From Deltaproteobacteria bacterium (lineage in GTDB: Bacteria > Desulfobacterota > Desulfarculia > Adiutricales > JAFDHD01): 44,647 nt of DNA. This document shows, piece by piece, positions 1 to 9,112 of this stretch (within the stretch, counting starts at the first letter, position 1; every line of letters begins with the position of its first letter). The notes beneath the pieces are model-generated. The model ran no database searches. It was given only the letters and a program-made list of their open reading frames with translations, and was not told the DNA's origin. The stretch is taken from contig JAFDLS010000016.1 of the NCBI GenBank assembly GCA_019306365.1, forward strand, positions 1 through 44,647. The letters run 5' to 3'. A program made the translations under genes and the position numbers.

Positions 1-8
1 AAAAAACG

Positions 9-197
9 GTGGGCCAGATCACTATCTTAACACCTAAACAAGTTTCAGAGTATCTTCATAAATCCCGCAGTTGGGTGTATGCTCACGCCGTGGATCTTGG
101 CGCGTCCAGGATCGGCGGATCATGGATTTATAAGTCTTACCCACGATCTGACAAACATCCCCTGCAACAAAAAATCAGGCGGGAGAAATCATCTTGA
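9..197 (+). CDS. Excisionase/AlpA-like winged helix-turn-helix protein (candidate recombination directionality factor)
   Basis: N-terminus ILTPKQVSEYLHKSRSWVY...RIGGSW matches the small Xis/MerR-like HTH pattern and sits directly upstream of an integrase. The start is near the window edge and the C-terminal part is uncertain. Confidence 0.6.
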   Translation: MGQITILTPKQVSEYLHKSRSWVYAHAVDLGASRIGGSWIYKSYPRSDKHPLQQKIRREKSS

Positions 198-223
198 CAC
201 CCGCCGCCCGAAATAGCCATACT
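194..223 (+). promoter_or_regulatory. Putative sigma70 promoter for the integrase
   Basis: TTGACA (194-199), 18 nt spacer, CATACT (218-223); then RBS GGGGAGGT and ATG at 257. Confidence 0.5.
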
Positions 224-256
224 GCCCCTCATGTCAATTATGGGGAGGTAGCTATC

Positions 257-1330
257 ATGAAAGGCGGGGTTTACGAAAACAAATCCGGTCGGGGGGCAAA
301 GTGGTTTGTCAAGTACGGGAAAATATTTAAACGGTTTGATAATTACGAAGCGGCAGAAACCTTCTTAACGGTACTAAGAGGGAGAGACCTTGAAAAAGAC
401 CTCGACGAACGGGATTACCAGGCGGATAAACCCCTGGGCTTTTCACACCAGGCGGACAAATGGCTTAAGATTAGAAAAGGGCAGGTCCGGTGTTTCCGTA
501 ACCTTAAGCTGCACATGCGGTATGCTGAGGATTTCTTTGAGCAAACGAACGTCAAGCATATTACCTATGGTGACATTGAAGATTTCGTTTGCTCATTACC
601 CGAAACTCATTCGAACAAGACTAAAGCGAACGTCCTTACAACTCTACATGCGTTCTTTGTCTGGCTTTCAAAACGAGAAGGCATAAAGATTCCTGAGTTC
701 CCTGTGGTCAAATATGAACTCGGATACCGGCAGGTGATAGACCTGGAGACTCAGACCCGGATAATAGATGAGGTCAAGCGAATTAGCTGTAAGCTCAATC
801 CTAAAATCTGGTTTGGGATACGGCTGTTGGCAACCTATATTGAACTCAGGCCGGGGGATCTCATTAAGCTGAAAGAAAAGCATATCGTTTTAGGCCAGGG
901 GATCCTGACCGTGCCTCACCCGAAAGACAACAGGTATAAAGTTGTTCCCCTGATGGAAGAAGATGTTGTGTTGATCGAAGCCTTTCCGAAAGGATTCCCT
1001 GAACTCCATTTTTTCCGGCATAACGAAAATGTCCGGGGAACGAAACCCGGTCAGCCCTTTGGTAAGGATTATTTCTATAGATGGTGGCGTGAAGCCTGTA
1101 AGAACTTAGGTATTGAAGGCGTGCCTCTTTACCCCGGAACCCGGCACAGCACGACCACGGCCTTAGCTAACTTGCTTACGCCGGAAGAGATACGGATCAT
1201 GTCTAACCACACAACTAACAGGGCCTTTGAGCGTTATTTTCAAAGAGGTACAAGCCAGATTAGGGAGCTAAGGAAGAAAGCGTTTGGCGGTTCACCAAAG
1301 GTTCACTCTGAAAAAACGGTCTCTAAGTGA
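257..1330 (+). CDS. Tyrosine recombinase / phage-type integrase
   Basis: Catalytic pattern R (ELRPGDL), K (HPKDN), YPGTRHS, H (SNHTT), Y (FERYF). ATG 257 has a strong RBS (the ORF track extends to 194). The gene ends 18 bp from a tRNA 3' end. Confidence 0.9.
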   Translation: MKGGVYENKSGRGAKWFVKYGKIFKRFDNYEAAETFLTVLRGRDLEKDLDERDYQADKPLGFSHQADKWLKIRKGQVRCFRNLKLHMRYAEDFFEQTNVKHITYGDIEDFVCSLPETHSNKTKANVLTTLHAFFVWLSKREGIKIPEFPVVKYELGYRQVIDLETQTRIIDEVKRISCKLNPKIWFGIRLLATYIELRPGDLIKLKEKHIVLGQGILTVPHPKDNRYKVVPLMEEDVVLIEAFPKGFPELHFFRHNENVRGTKPGQPFGKDYFYRWWREACKNLGIEGVPLYPGTRHSTTTALANLLTPEEIRIMSNHTTNRAFERYFQRGTSQIRELRKKAFGGSPKVHSEKTVSK

Positions 1331-1336
1331 TTGATA
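1289..1336. promoter_or_regulatory. att-arm elements: GGTTCAC direct repeats and IHF consensus site
   Basis: GGTTCAC at 1289-1295 and 1300-1306 (11-bp period). Reverse complement of 1324-1336 is TATCAATCACTTA, an exact match to WATCAANNNNTTR. Confidence 0.55.
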
Positions 1337-1348
1337 TTACTGTCAGGT

Positions 1349-1435
1349 TGGTGCCGAAGGCGGGATTTGAACCCGCACGAGCGTAGCTCACCGCCCCCTC
1401 AAGACGGCGTGTCTACCAGATTCCACCACTTCGGC
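1349..1435 (-). tRNA. tRNA-Leu(GAG)
   Basis: Reverse complement GCCGAAGTGGTGGAATCTGGTAGACACG-CCGTC-TTGAGGG-GGCGG...GGTTCAAATCC...CTTCGGCACCA: 87 nt, long variable arm, encoded CCA, classic position downstream of secG. Confidence 0.97.
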
Positions 1436-1447
1436 AATAAATTGTTT

Positions 1448-1801
1448 TTATCTTGTATCCTCACCCTGTGTTTCAATGGGTTTTCCCTGCTCCGCCGGTG
1501 CGGCCGGTTGAACCGGCGCTTCCTGTTGAACCGGCTCTTTGATCCCCTTCATGATTGATCCGCCGCCAGTACGATGGCCGGACAATAAATTAAGTCCTAA
1601 TGATGTTAACATGAAAATGATCGCCGCAACAGCGGTCAGTTTGGTCAAAAAGGTACCAGCTCCCTGGCTTCCAAATACGGTTTGACTGGCTCCCGCGCCA
1701 AAGGCGGCTCCAATATCCGAGCCCTTGCCGGTTTGCAGCAGCACGATCATTATCAGGGCCACGCATACAATAATATGCAAAATGATTACAGGTAACGCCA
1801 T
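1448..1801 (-). CDS. secG: Preprotein translocase subunit SecG
   Basis: Two TM helices with VLLQTGKGSDIGAAFG...SQTVFG...FLTKLT; tpiA-secG-tRNA-Leu synteny. Confidence 0.96.
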   Translation of the reverse strand: MALPVIILHIIVCVALIMIVLLQTGKGSDIGAAFGAGASQTVFGSQGAGTFLTKLTAVAAIIFMLTSLGLNLLSGHRTGGGSIMKGIKEPVQQEAPVQPAAPAEQGKPIETQGEDTR

Positions 1802-1834
1802 TTAATACACAGAGCTAAAATGCCCTTATGCTCC

Positions 1835-2602
1835 TTAAAAATTTATGATCCCATAAAAAACATCTGGCTTTAAGCTGGCACCACCAACTAAAGCCCCGTC
1901 AATGTCAGGCTGAGCCAAAAGCGCCGCCGCATTCTCAGGTTTTACGGAACCACCATACAGAATTCGAATATAATTTGCAAGTTCTTTATTAAAGATCCGT
2001 TCCAGCTCATCACGGATAACCCTGTGAGCTTCTTGAGCTATTTCCGTCGTCGCGGTTCGGCCTGTACCAATGGCCCAAATCGGTTCGTAGGCGATAGTCA
2101 GACTTTGAGCGGCCCTGTTATCAACCTCGGCCAAGCCCTCTTTCAGCTGAGCAGTAAGAACCTGAAAGGTTTGATTGGCCTCTCTTTGTTCCAGGGTCTC
2201 ACCAATGCAGACGATTGGGTTAAGCCCGCCCGCTAACGCGGCAATGACCCGGCGGTTGACGGTCTCATCCGTTTCGCCGAAGTACTGCCGGCGTTCCGAG
2301 TGTCCAATTATGACCCACTCAACCCCGAGACCATTGAGCATGGGGACTGAAACCTCACCGGTATATGCCCCTTCGTCTTCCCAAAAAACATTTTGGGCGG
2401 CGATCAGGATTGGTGAATCACCTGCGGCCATTAGCGCAGATTCTAGAGCCGTAAATGAAGGCGCCAAGGCCACGTCCGCTTCAAGGTTGGAAGGCAGCAG
2501 TAGTTTAAGTTGTTCTATATAAGCCGCGGCCTCAGCCCCGGTTTTATACATCTTCCAGTTACCCGCGATCAAAGGCCGGCGATTTGGAGGTGACGCGCTC
2601 AT
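1835..2602 (-). CDS. tpiA: Triosephosphate isomerase
   Basis: AGNWKM, GHSERR, AYEPIWAIGTG, LYGGSVKP, LVGGASL motifs. Confidence 0.99.
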   Translation of the reverse strand: MSASPPNRRPLIAGNWKMYKTGAEAAAYIEQLKLLLPSNLEADVALAPSFTALESALMAAGDSPILIAAQNVFWEDEGAYTGEVSVPMLNGLGVEWVIIGHSERRQYFGETDETVNRRVIAALAGGLNPIVCIGETLEQREANQTFQVLTAQLKEGLAEVDNRAAQSLTIAYEPIWAIGTGRTATTEIAQEAHRVIRDELERIFNKELANYIRILYGGSVKPENAAALLAQPDIDGALVGGASLKPDVFYGIINF

Positions 2603-3868
2603 TCAAGACTCCTCTGTTTGGTTATCCCGCGAGGCATGATCTTCCAGGGCCACGATTCCGGGAAGACGGCTCCCCTCCAGCAGTTGGAGGAAAGCGCCGC
2701 CGCCGGTTGAGATGTAGGTCATGCGTGATGACTCTCCTACTTTGTTAACAGCCACGTCGGTATCACCCCCGCCGACAATCGTTAGGGAATAGGAATTAGC
2801 AACGGAATGAACCATTTGGAATGTTCCCCGAGAAAAGGCGTCTATCTCAAAAGCACCCATCGGCCCGTTCCAGATGATAGTTTTAGCGTCCTGCAGGGCT
2901 TCGGTAAAAAGGTATGAAGTCGCCGGGCCGATGTCAACAATCATCCAATCCTCCGGAACCTCTTGAACAGTTGTCATCTTGGTTTCAGCCTTGACGTCAA
3001 AGCGGTCAGTCACGACACAATCCACCGGGATATAAAATTTGATGCCTTTCTGCCGGGCTTTTCGCATGATAGATCGCGCTTTTTCAACCAGATCTTCTTC
3101 AAGGAGGGATTTTGTTCCGATGTCAGGGTAAATGGCCTTGAGAAAAGTATTGGCCATTGCGCCGCCAATAATTAATTTATCAACTCTCTCCATTAGGTTT
3201 TCGATGGCAGAGATTTTAGAGGAAATTTTGGCGCCGCCGATGATAGCCACAAAAGGCCGCGCCGGATCCTCCATAGCCCTGTAGAAATAAGTCAATTCAT
3301 TTTTCATTAAAAATCCGGCCGCACATTTAGAAAAAAACTTGGTGATCGCGACCACGCTGGCGTGAGGCCTATGGGCCACGGCGAAGGCGTCGTTTATGTA
3401 AACATCAGCCAACCTGGCCAGCTGTTTTGCGAATTCATCGTCATTTTGCTCTTCACCAGAATGAAAACGAAGGTTCTCCAAAAGAATAATATCCCCGGAT
3501 TTCATGTCTGAAACCAGTTTTTCAACCTCCTCACCCACACAATCCGGAGCCAAAACGACCTCTTTTTTCAGCAGCCGTCTCAGACGCCGAGCCACTGGGG
3601 CCAGGCTGAGTTCTGGCACCGCTTTGCCTTTGGGCCGGCCCATATGTGAGATCAGGATTATACGCGCTCCTTCATCAAGCGCATAATTTACCGTGGGCAG
3701 AATGGTGCGAATCCTTGAATCGTCCGTGATGTTTAAATGTTCGTCCAGAGGAACGTTCAGGTCAACACGGATTAAAACCGTCTTACCTTTAAGATCCAAT
3801 TCGTTTATAAATTTTAAACGTTCCTCGGGAGGAGCCATGAGTGACATATAACCAAAGCTGTCAACCAT
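2603..3868 (-). CDS. pgk: Phosphoglycerate kinase
   Basis: [49 protein letters not shown] motifs. Confidence 0.99.
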   Translation of the reverse strand: MVDSFGYMSLMAPPEERLKFINELDLKGKTVLIRVDLNVPLDEHLNITDDSRIRTILPTVNYALDEGARIILISHMGRPKGKAVPELSLAPVARRLRRLLKKEVVLAPDCVGEEVEKLVSDMKSGDIILLENLRFHSGEEQNDDEFAKQLARLADVYINDAFAVAHRPHASVVAITKFFSKCAAGFLMKNELTYFYRAMEDPARPFVAIIGGAKISSKISAIENLMERVDKLIIGGAMANTFLKAIYPDIGTKSLLEEDLVEKARSIMRKARQKGIKFYIPVDCVVTDRFDVKAETKMTTVQEVPEDWMIVDIGPATSYLFTEALQDAKTIIWNGPMGAFEIDAFSRGTFQMVHSVANSYSLTIVGGGDTDVAVNKVGESSRMTYISTGGGAFLQLLEGSRLPGIVALEDHASRDNQTEES

Positions 3869-3911
3869 TAATGCGAATCTCCTCTAATCGGATTCGATAA
3901 CTGAGGTGTTC

Positions 3912-3940
3912 ATTTTAATTTTTGAAGCGCTCAACGTCAA
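3912..3940 (-). promoter_or_regulatory. Putative sigma70 promoter for pgk-tpiA-secG-tRNA-Leu
   Basis: Minus strand TTGACG (3940-3935), 17 nt spacer, TAAAAT (3917-3912). Confidence 0.6.
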
Positions 3941-4074
3941 TCACTTTTTCAAAATCGGTTTTTACAATAAATCCCTTATTAAACCCCACCGGTTTTCAGC
4001 ATGCAAGGTCATGCCTCGGCCGGATATTCAGCCATTGTACTGGTAAGAGACGCCTTTAGAAAAATCACTGTAAA

Positions 4075-4548
4075 TCAAAGATTTCGCGCCATCAGTAACG
4101 CGTCTTCTTTTTCTTCCGCGTAGTAGTTTTTACGGCGTCCGGTCATGACGAATCCAGTCTTTTCGTAGAGTTTACGAGCGGCCTGATTCATAACCCGAAC
4201 TTCCAAAAAGGCACGCCGCATCCCCCGTTTGCGTCCCCAGTCAAACATATACTCCAGGAGGTTCCGACCCAAGCCCTGTCGTCTGCGGTCTGGCCTTAAG
4301 GCCAAATTGAGAATATAAATCTCTTCTCTAATTGCCCAGAAGATTAGATAACCCACGACCTGATCCATCTCACACAGAACCAGATTAATGGCGCAGGATC
4401 TTTCCAGCTCCGTCTTGAAACCGTTCCTTGTCCAGGGCCGCGGGTAAGAGGCCTGCTCGATCAAAAGGACCTGATCCAGGTCGCTTTCCCGCATGTGTTC
4501 CACAACGACTCTCTCCTGTGATGCAATCTGGTCTATGGTGGATGTCAT
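4075..4548 (-). CDS. rimI: Ribosomal protein S18-alanine N-acetyltransferase (GNAT)
   Basis: IEQASYPRPW, ILNLALRPDRRRQGLG, LEVRVMN..ARKLYEKTGF, RRKNYY..EDALLM. Confidence 0.92.
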   Translation of the reverse strand: MTSTIDQIASQERVVVEHMRESDLDQVLLIEQASYPRPWTRNGFKTELERSCAINLVLCEMDQVVGYLIFWAIREEIYILNLALRPDRRRQGLGRNLLEYMFDWGRKRGMRRAFLEVRVMNQAARKLYEKTGFVMTGRRKNYYAEEKEDALLMARNL

Positions 4549-4682
4549 GACAGATTGATAAAAGTGAACGAAAGGAAGAAGACCGTGGCCCGCTTAATAT
4601 TGATCGAACTCAAAACCGCCTCGGTTCGGTCTAAGGCAACCAGGCCGCCGATCGCACAAACCATCAAAGTATCAGGCCACAT
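4545..4682 (-). pseudogene. Internally deleted mannose/fructose/sorbose-family PTS EIIC remnant (45 aa, not in the ORF track)
   Basis: Manual translation MWPDTLMVCAIGGLVALDRTEAVLSSINIKRATVFFLSFTFINLS*. GGLVALDRT resembles the EIIC-Man N-terminus. The ORF lies directly after EIIB and its stop overlaps the rimI start (ATGA). Confidence 0.6.
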
Positions 4683-4699
4683 ACACACACTTTACTTGG

Positions 4700-5191
4700 T
4701 TAGAGGTCTTGATAAATTTTATTGATTTCAAAAAAGCTACGAGAAGGGTCATTAGGGGCGTTTTGAATCTCGATCAGAACCCCTTGCTCATTCAGCTGAT
4801 CCAAATTCTCCAAATCACTACTATCTAAAGCGACCGAATAGGTGATCTGTTTCTTGTTGGGAGAAAAATGCAGGTTCCCTATATTCAAACGGCTGTATTT
4901 TAAGCCGGCGTTGAATAGCGCCAGAGCGTCCGCGCTATCTATTAGCAGAAGAATAACTCGCTTGTGTTCCCATCGGCCGTTCCGCATTTCCAGCGCCGCT
5001 TCCTTGACTGGCAGAATCGCAACCTCCACGTTACTCGGCACAGCCATCTCCATTACCATGCGCTGAATCTTGTCCTGCGCAACAACATCATTGGCTACAA
5101 CCAAACACTCAGCCTGAGTAGTGGGCACCCATGCCTCAAGAATCTGACCATGTATAAGCCGGCAATCAATCCTGACCAGTTCTAAAGCCAT
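4700..5191 (-). CDS. PTS mannose/fructose/sorbose family EIIB component
   Basis: RIDCRLIHGQI (phosphorylated His motif), VVAND, LNIGN. Confidence 0.93.
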   Translation of the reverse strand: MALELVRIDCRLIHGQILEAWVPTTQAECLVVANDVVAQDKIQRMVMEMAVPSNVEVAILPVKEAALEMRNGRWEHKRVILLLIDSADALALFNAGLKYSRLNIGNLHFSPNKKQITYSVALDSSDLENLDQLNEQGVLIEIQNAPNDPSRSFFEINKIYQDL

Positions 5192-5208
5192 CCTATATTA
5201 ATTCTCTC

Positions 5209-5619
5209 TCACTTTTCCGCACGACGGCTCAACACCTCACCCGCCACGTTAATACTTTTGCGACCATAAGATCCCACGCTGTCGGCCAGTTCAGAAAGTT
5301 TGACCTTTTCTCTTGCTTGAACCAGCTTTATAATCATAGGCAAATTTACCCCGGTTAAAACCTCAACCTTATTGGCGGACAGAAAAGAAAGACTCAAATT
5401 AGAGGGAGTCCCGCCAAACATATCCGTTAAAATAATAACACCATCCCCTTGATCGACCTTTTTAATACCTTCTGCAATCTCATCGCGCATTTTATCTGTT
5501 GAAGCCTGAGCATCGATCGCGACAGATACTACCCCGTCAATCCGGCCAAGAATGAACTCAGCCGTATTGATTAACTCGGAACCAAGCTGGCAATGCGTGA
5601 CGATCACTACACCAATCAT
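5209..5619 (-). CDS. PTS mannose/fructose/sorbose family EIIA component
   Basis: MIGVVIVTH, ILTDMFGGTPSN, TGVNLPM. Confidence 0.94.
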   Translation of the reverse strand: MIGVVIVTHCQLGSELINTAEFILGRIDGVVSVAIDAQASTDKMRDEIAEGIKKVDQGDGVIILTDMFGGTPSNLSLSFLSANKVEVLTGVNLPMIIKLVQAREKVKLSELADSVGSYGRKSINVAGEVLSRRAEK

Positions 5620-6491
5620 AATTTTATTCCTTGGTTTAAATCTCGATGTCGAACTGAAATGCGATATGGCTTCCCTTCAAATCGCCGGGCCAGTTCATTG
5701 GAAATTGTCACAGAGCGATGTCGCCCGCCTGAGCAACCTATCGCGATGGTTAGATATGATTTGCCTTCAGTTTCATATAGGGGGATTAATTGCTTGAGCA
5801 AATCATAGAACATCGAGACAAACCGGCGGCTTTCATTACTCGCCATAACATAATTAACGACCTTAAGATCCCTGCCATCAAGTTCTCTTAATTCATCATG
5901 ATAATAAGGATTAGATAAAAAACGAACATCCATAACAATATCAGCTTCCTGAGGAAGACCGTATCTGTATCCGAACGAAAGCAGTTCGATGGACATCCCC
6001 CCGTTGGTCTTGGCAAACTTCTGACTGACAAAATCTCTCAATTGATGGACATTAAAATCAGAAGTATCCACCACCTGATTAGCCGCCTCCTTGACCGGCA
6101 CCATGACCCTGCGTTCTCTTTCAATTGCCTCCAGCAGCTTCCCTTCCTGGGCCAGGGGATGCGGACGGCGGGTATAAGAAAAATTTCTTAACAGGATATC
6201 ACTGGAAGCTTCGAGAAAAATCATTTTGAGATCATAATTATCAGATTGAATCTGGATGAAAATCTCTTGGAAGTTAGGGACGAAATTTTTTTCCCGCATA
6301 TCCATAACCACAGCCAGTTTAAGAAAATCCGTGCTGGTTTGATTATACAGGGAAAGAAATTTTGGCAGCAGCAGAACCGGCAGGTTGTCAATGCAGAAAA
6401 AACCCTGATCTTCCAGGGCCGCAAGAGCCGTTGTCTTTCCCGATCCGGACAGTCCTGTTATGATAATGATGTTGCCGCGCCTTTGATCCAT
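5616..6491 (-). CDS. rapZ: RNase adapter / P-loop protein RapZ
   Basis: ITGLSGSGKT, CIDNLP, SFGYRYGLP, DVRFL.NP, IGCSGGRHRSV. Confidence 0.96.
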   Translation of the reverse strand: MDQRRGNIIIITGLSGSGKTTALAALEDQGFFCIDNLPVLLLPKFLSLYNQTSTDFLKLAVVMDMREKNFVPNFQEIFIQIQSDNYDLKMIFLEASSDILLRNFSYTRRPHPLAQEGKLLEAIERERRVMVPVKEAANQVVDTSDFNVHQLRDFVSQKFAKTNGGMSIELLSFGYRYGLPQEADIVMDVRFLSNPYYHDELRELDGRDLKVVNYVMASNESRRFVSMFYDLLKQLIPLYETEGKSYLTIAIGCSGGRHRSVTISNELARRFEGKPYRISVRHRDLNQGIKL

Positions 6492-6565
6492 CTGTTTTAC
6501 GGCGACCTCCCAGAAGATTCCAAATCCAAAATCAGGATAGTATTAATTTATTTTCAGTGGCGAAC

Positions 6566-7024
6566 CTAAAATTCATCATCGCGGGAAGCGATTATTTTAT
6601 AGATCTCCGAACTTCCTGCAGCAGCGGAAAGATCCTTCCTGAAGGAGGCGTCCTTGAGCAATCTGGAAATTTTGGCAAGGACTTTGAGATGGATTCCGGT
6701 GGAATTTCCCGGAGCAAGGATCAAAAAAAACAGATGCACTGGCTGGCCATCCAATGATTCAAAATCAATCCCTTCAAGGCTTCGACCAAAAGCAATCAGT
6801 ATCTTGGTGATATCTTCGCATTTACCATGGGGGATGGCGATGCCATCTCCGATTCCTGTGCTGCCCAGTTTCTCCCGTTCGAGGAGCACCTTGAGTAACG
6901 GCTCTGGATCCAGTTGTTCCTGAGAGGCCAGGGCGGCGCACAATTCCCCCAAAACCTCTTTCTTGTTCCTGCCAGACAACTCGGAAATAGTGGCCGTTTC
7001 TTTCAAAATATCCGTAAGTTTCAT
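6566..7024 (-). CDS. ptsN: PTS EIIA-Ntr type protein
   Basis: REKLGSTGIGDGIAIPH, DFESLDGQPVHLFF, HLKVLA; within the rpoN operon. Confidence 0.92.
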   Translation of the reverse strand: MKLTDILKETATISELSGRNKKEVLGELCAALASQEQLDPEPLLKVLLEREKLGSTGIGDGIAIPHGKCEDITKILIAFGRSLEGIDFESLDGQPVHLFFLILAPGNSTGIHLKVLAKISRLLKDASFRKDLSAAAGSSEIYKIIASRDDEF

Positions 7025-7050
7025 TATTGACTTCCCATGGAGGCTGGTAA

Positions 7051-7599
7051 TTACTCCGTAATCGGCTCGATCAGCCCATAGTTACCATCCTCCCGACGGT
7101 ACAAGATTTTTATAACTTCTGTTTCCGCATCGGTAAAGACCAGAAATTGTTCCTGAGAAAGATCAAGCTGCAAAACCGCTTCATCCGCGTCCATCGGTTT
7201 GGCGGAAATCTGCATGGTTCGAATGATTTGCGGGCCGCCATCTGATTCGTCATCAACCTCCGGCGCGATAACGTTCATCTGAACGGTTCGAGCTTTAACC
7301 CTCTGGTGGGGTTTATGTAATTTTACCTTTTCCCTGTATCGCTTGGCCTGTCTCTCCATTTTATCGATAACCATGTCGATGGCGGAATACATATCCTCAG
7401 TCTGTCCTTGCCCCTTTATCTTGATGCGGTCGGCGATAACACTCACGTCCGCAGTATGCCTGAACTTCTCCACGGACAGGACCGCATGGGCTTCCATGAC
7501 AGAATCGAAATATTTTTCAATACGCGAAATTTTGTCATGCGCATAATCTTTTAATGCTTCTGAAGGTTCCATATGGCGAAACGTAACAGATAGTTGCAT
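7051..7599 (-). CDS. hpf: Long-form ribosome hibernation promoting factor (HPF/RaiA family)
   Basis: TFRHMEPSEALKDY, DMYSAID, C-terminal KPMDADEA...YRREDGNYGLIEP domain. Confidence 0.94.
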   Translation of the reverse strand: MQLSVTFRHMEPSEALKDYAHDKISRIEKYFDSVMEAHAVLSVEKFRHTADVSVIADRIKIKGQGQTEDMYSAIDMVIDKMERQAKRYREKVKLHKPHQRVKARTVQMNVIAPEVDDESDGGPQIIRTMQISAKPMDADEAVLQLDLSQEQFLVFTDAETEVIKILYRREDGNYGLIEPITE

Positions 7600-7646
7600 G
7601 AATATTCTCCTTTGCGACTAAATCTTTAACTACACCATTCGTTTGG

Positions 7647-9089
7647 TTAAAAGTGTTTCTTCCTCTTGCTCGACGACAAAATACCCAACATTTCTCTGTA
7701 TTTGGCTACTGTCCTTCGGGCAATATCAATATTTGACGCCCTCAAAATTTCAACAATCCGCTGGTCAGACAGGGGCTTTTGCGGATCTTCAGCCGTAATA
7801 ATCTTTCGAATACGCTCTTTAACACTTTCCGAGGCCAGGGACTCCCCGTTGAATTTGCTGATGGAGCTGTTAAAAAAGAACTTAAGTTCAAAGATCCCCT
7901 GCGGTGTATGAACATACTTGTTACTTGTTACCCTGCTGATAGTCGATTCGTGCATTTCAACGTCTTCGGCCACATCACGTAAAACCAGTGGTTTGAGGTA
8001 AGGGATGCCTTTATCTAAAAACTGACGCTGAAAATTCACGATCGATTCGGTCACCTTGTAAATTGTGCGCTGGCGTTGATGAATGCTTCTGATCAACCAA
8101 ACCGCTGATCGAAGCTTGCCCTGTATATATTCCTTGGTCTGATCCGAGACAACTTTCTGATTAGTGAGAACATCCCGGTAATACTGGTTGACCCTCAACC
8201 GGGGCAACCCGTCATCATTTAAAACAACCACATATTCATCTCCAATTTTATGCACATAAACATCTGGAGTGATATATTGCGGTTCCTCTGTATTATAAGC
8301 CTTGCCCGGCTTGGGGTCCAGGTTCAGAATGACTTCAACGGCTTCGAAAACCTTCTCCTTAGACACCTTGAATTTCCGGGCGATCTTTTGATAATTCTTT
8401 TTTTCAAGTTCCGGTAGACACTGGTCCACGATTTTTCCGGCCAGGCTCTCCTCCTGCCCCAGGTACCTTAGCTGAATGAGCAGGCATTCACGCAGATCAC
8501 GAGCAGCGACCCCGATTGGATCGAATTCCTGAACCTTGGCCAGAACCGATGCCACCTCCTCAATAGTAGTGAATTCCAGGCTCGCGATTTCCTCAAGACT
8601 GATTTGCAGATAACCGTCACTGTCAAGGTTTCCGATTATCTGTTCCGCGACATGATCCTCCAGGGGAGCGGATTTCCCCATCTGCCACTGCCAGTTCAAG
8701 TGATCGGTCAGAGAAGTCTTTTCCGAAACAAAGGTCTCGTAGTTGCTCTCCTCCGGAATCTCACGCATATTCGGGGCGGAAGATGAACTATATTCACCGA
8801 GATAACTTTCCCAGTCAATGTCTTCGCGGGCTTTTTCTTCCACCCTAACTTCGGCGAAATCATTTTCAGAAGCGGCCTGAGGCAGTTCGGCGTCAGGCGC
8901 GGCCTTCTCATCATTAATTATATCCTCATCCTGCTCCATTTCCAGGACAGCGTTCTCTTCAAGTTCCTGATTAATCGTCTGCGCTAGTTCCAGCCGGGAA
9001 AGCTGAAGCATCTTGATAGCCTGCTGGAGCTGCGGAGTCATTACCAGTTGCTGCGAAAGTTTGAGCGTTTGTCGTAATTGCAGGGCCAT
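7647..9089 (-). CDS. rpoN: RNA polymerase sigma-54 factor
   Basis: QQLVMTPQLQQAIKMLQLS, HESTISRVT, RpoN box ARRTVAKYRE. Confidence 0.99.
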   Translation of the reverse strand: MALQLRQTLKLSQQLVMTPQLQQAIKMLQLSRLELAQTINQELEENAVLEMEQDEDIINDEKAAPDAELPQAASENDFAEVRVEEKAREDIDWESYLGEYSSSSAPNMREIPEESNYETFVSEKTSLTDHLNWQWQMGKSAPLEDHVAEQIIGNLDSDGYLQISLEEIASLEFTTIEEVASVLAKVQEFDPIGVAARDLRECLLIQLRYLGQEESLAGKIVDQCLPELEKKNYQKIARKFKVSKEKVFEAVEVILNLDPKPGKAYNTEEPQYITPDVYVHKIGDEYVVVLNDDGLPRLRVNQYYRDVLTNQKVVSDQTKEYIQGKLRSAVWLIRSIHQRQRTIYKVTESIVNFQRQFLDKGIPYLKPLVLRDVAEDVEMHESTISRVTSNKYVHTPQGIFELKFFFNSSISKFNGESLASESVKERIRKIITAEDPQKPLSDQRIVEILRASNIDIARRTVAKYREMLGILSSSKRKKHF

Positions 9090-9112
9090 CGTTTTCTATC
9101 TATACCTTAAAC

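Larger units (their letters stand above)
1..1348. mobile_element. End of a prophage/genomic island integrated at the tRNA-Leu 3' end (continues left of the window)
   Basis: xis-like and integrase genes converge on the tRNA 3' end; arm-like direct repeats and an IHF consensus lie next to the junction. Confidence 0.7.

Noticed and set aside
1331-1558. 75-aa plus-strand ORF after the integrase
   Set aside because: It is the antisense reading of tRNA-Leu and the end of secG.
3941-4074. Possible gene remnant (for example gap or a NUDIX gene) between rimI and pgk
   Set aside because: Only very short ORFs (MAEYPAEA*) with no identifiable motif; it cannot be supported.
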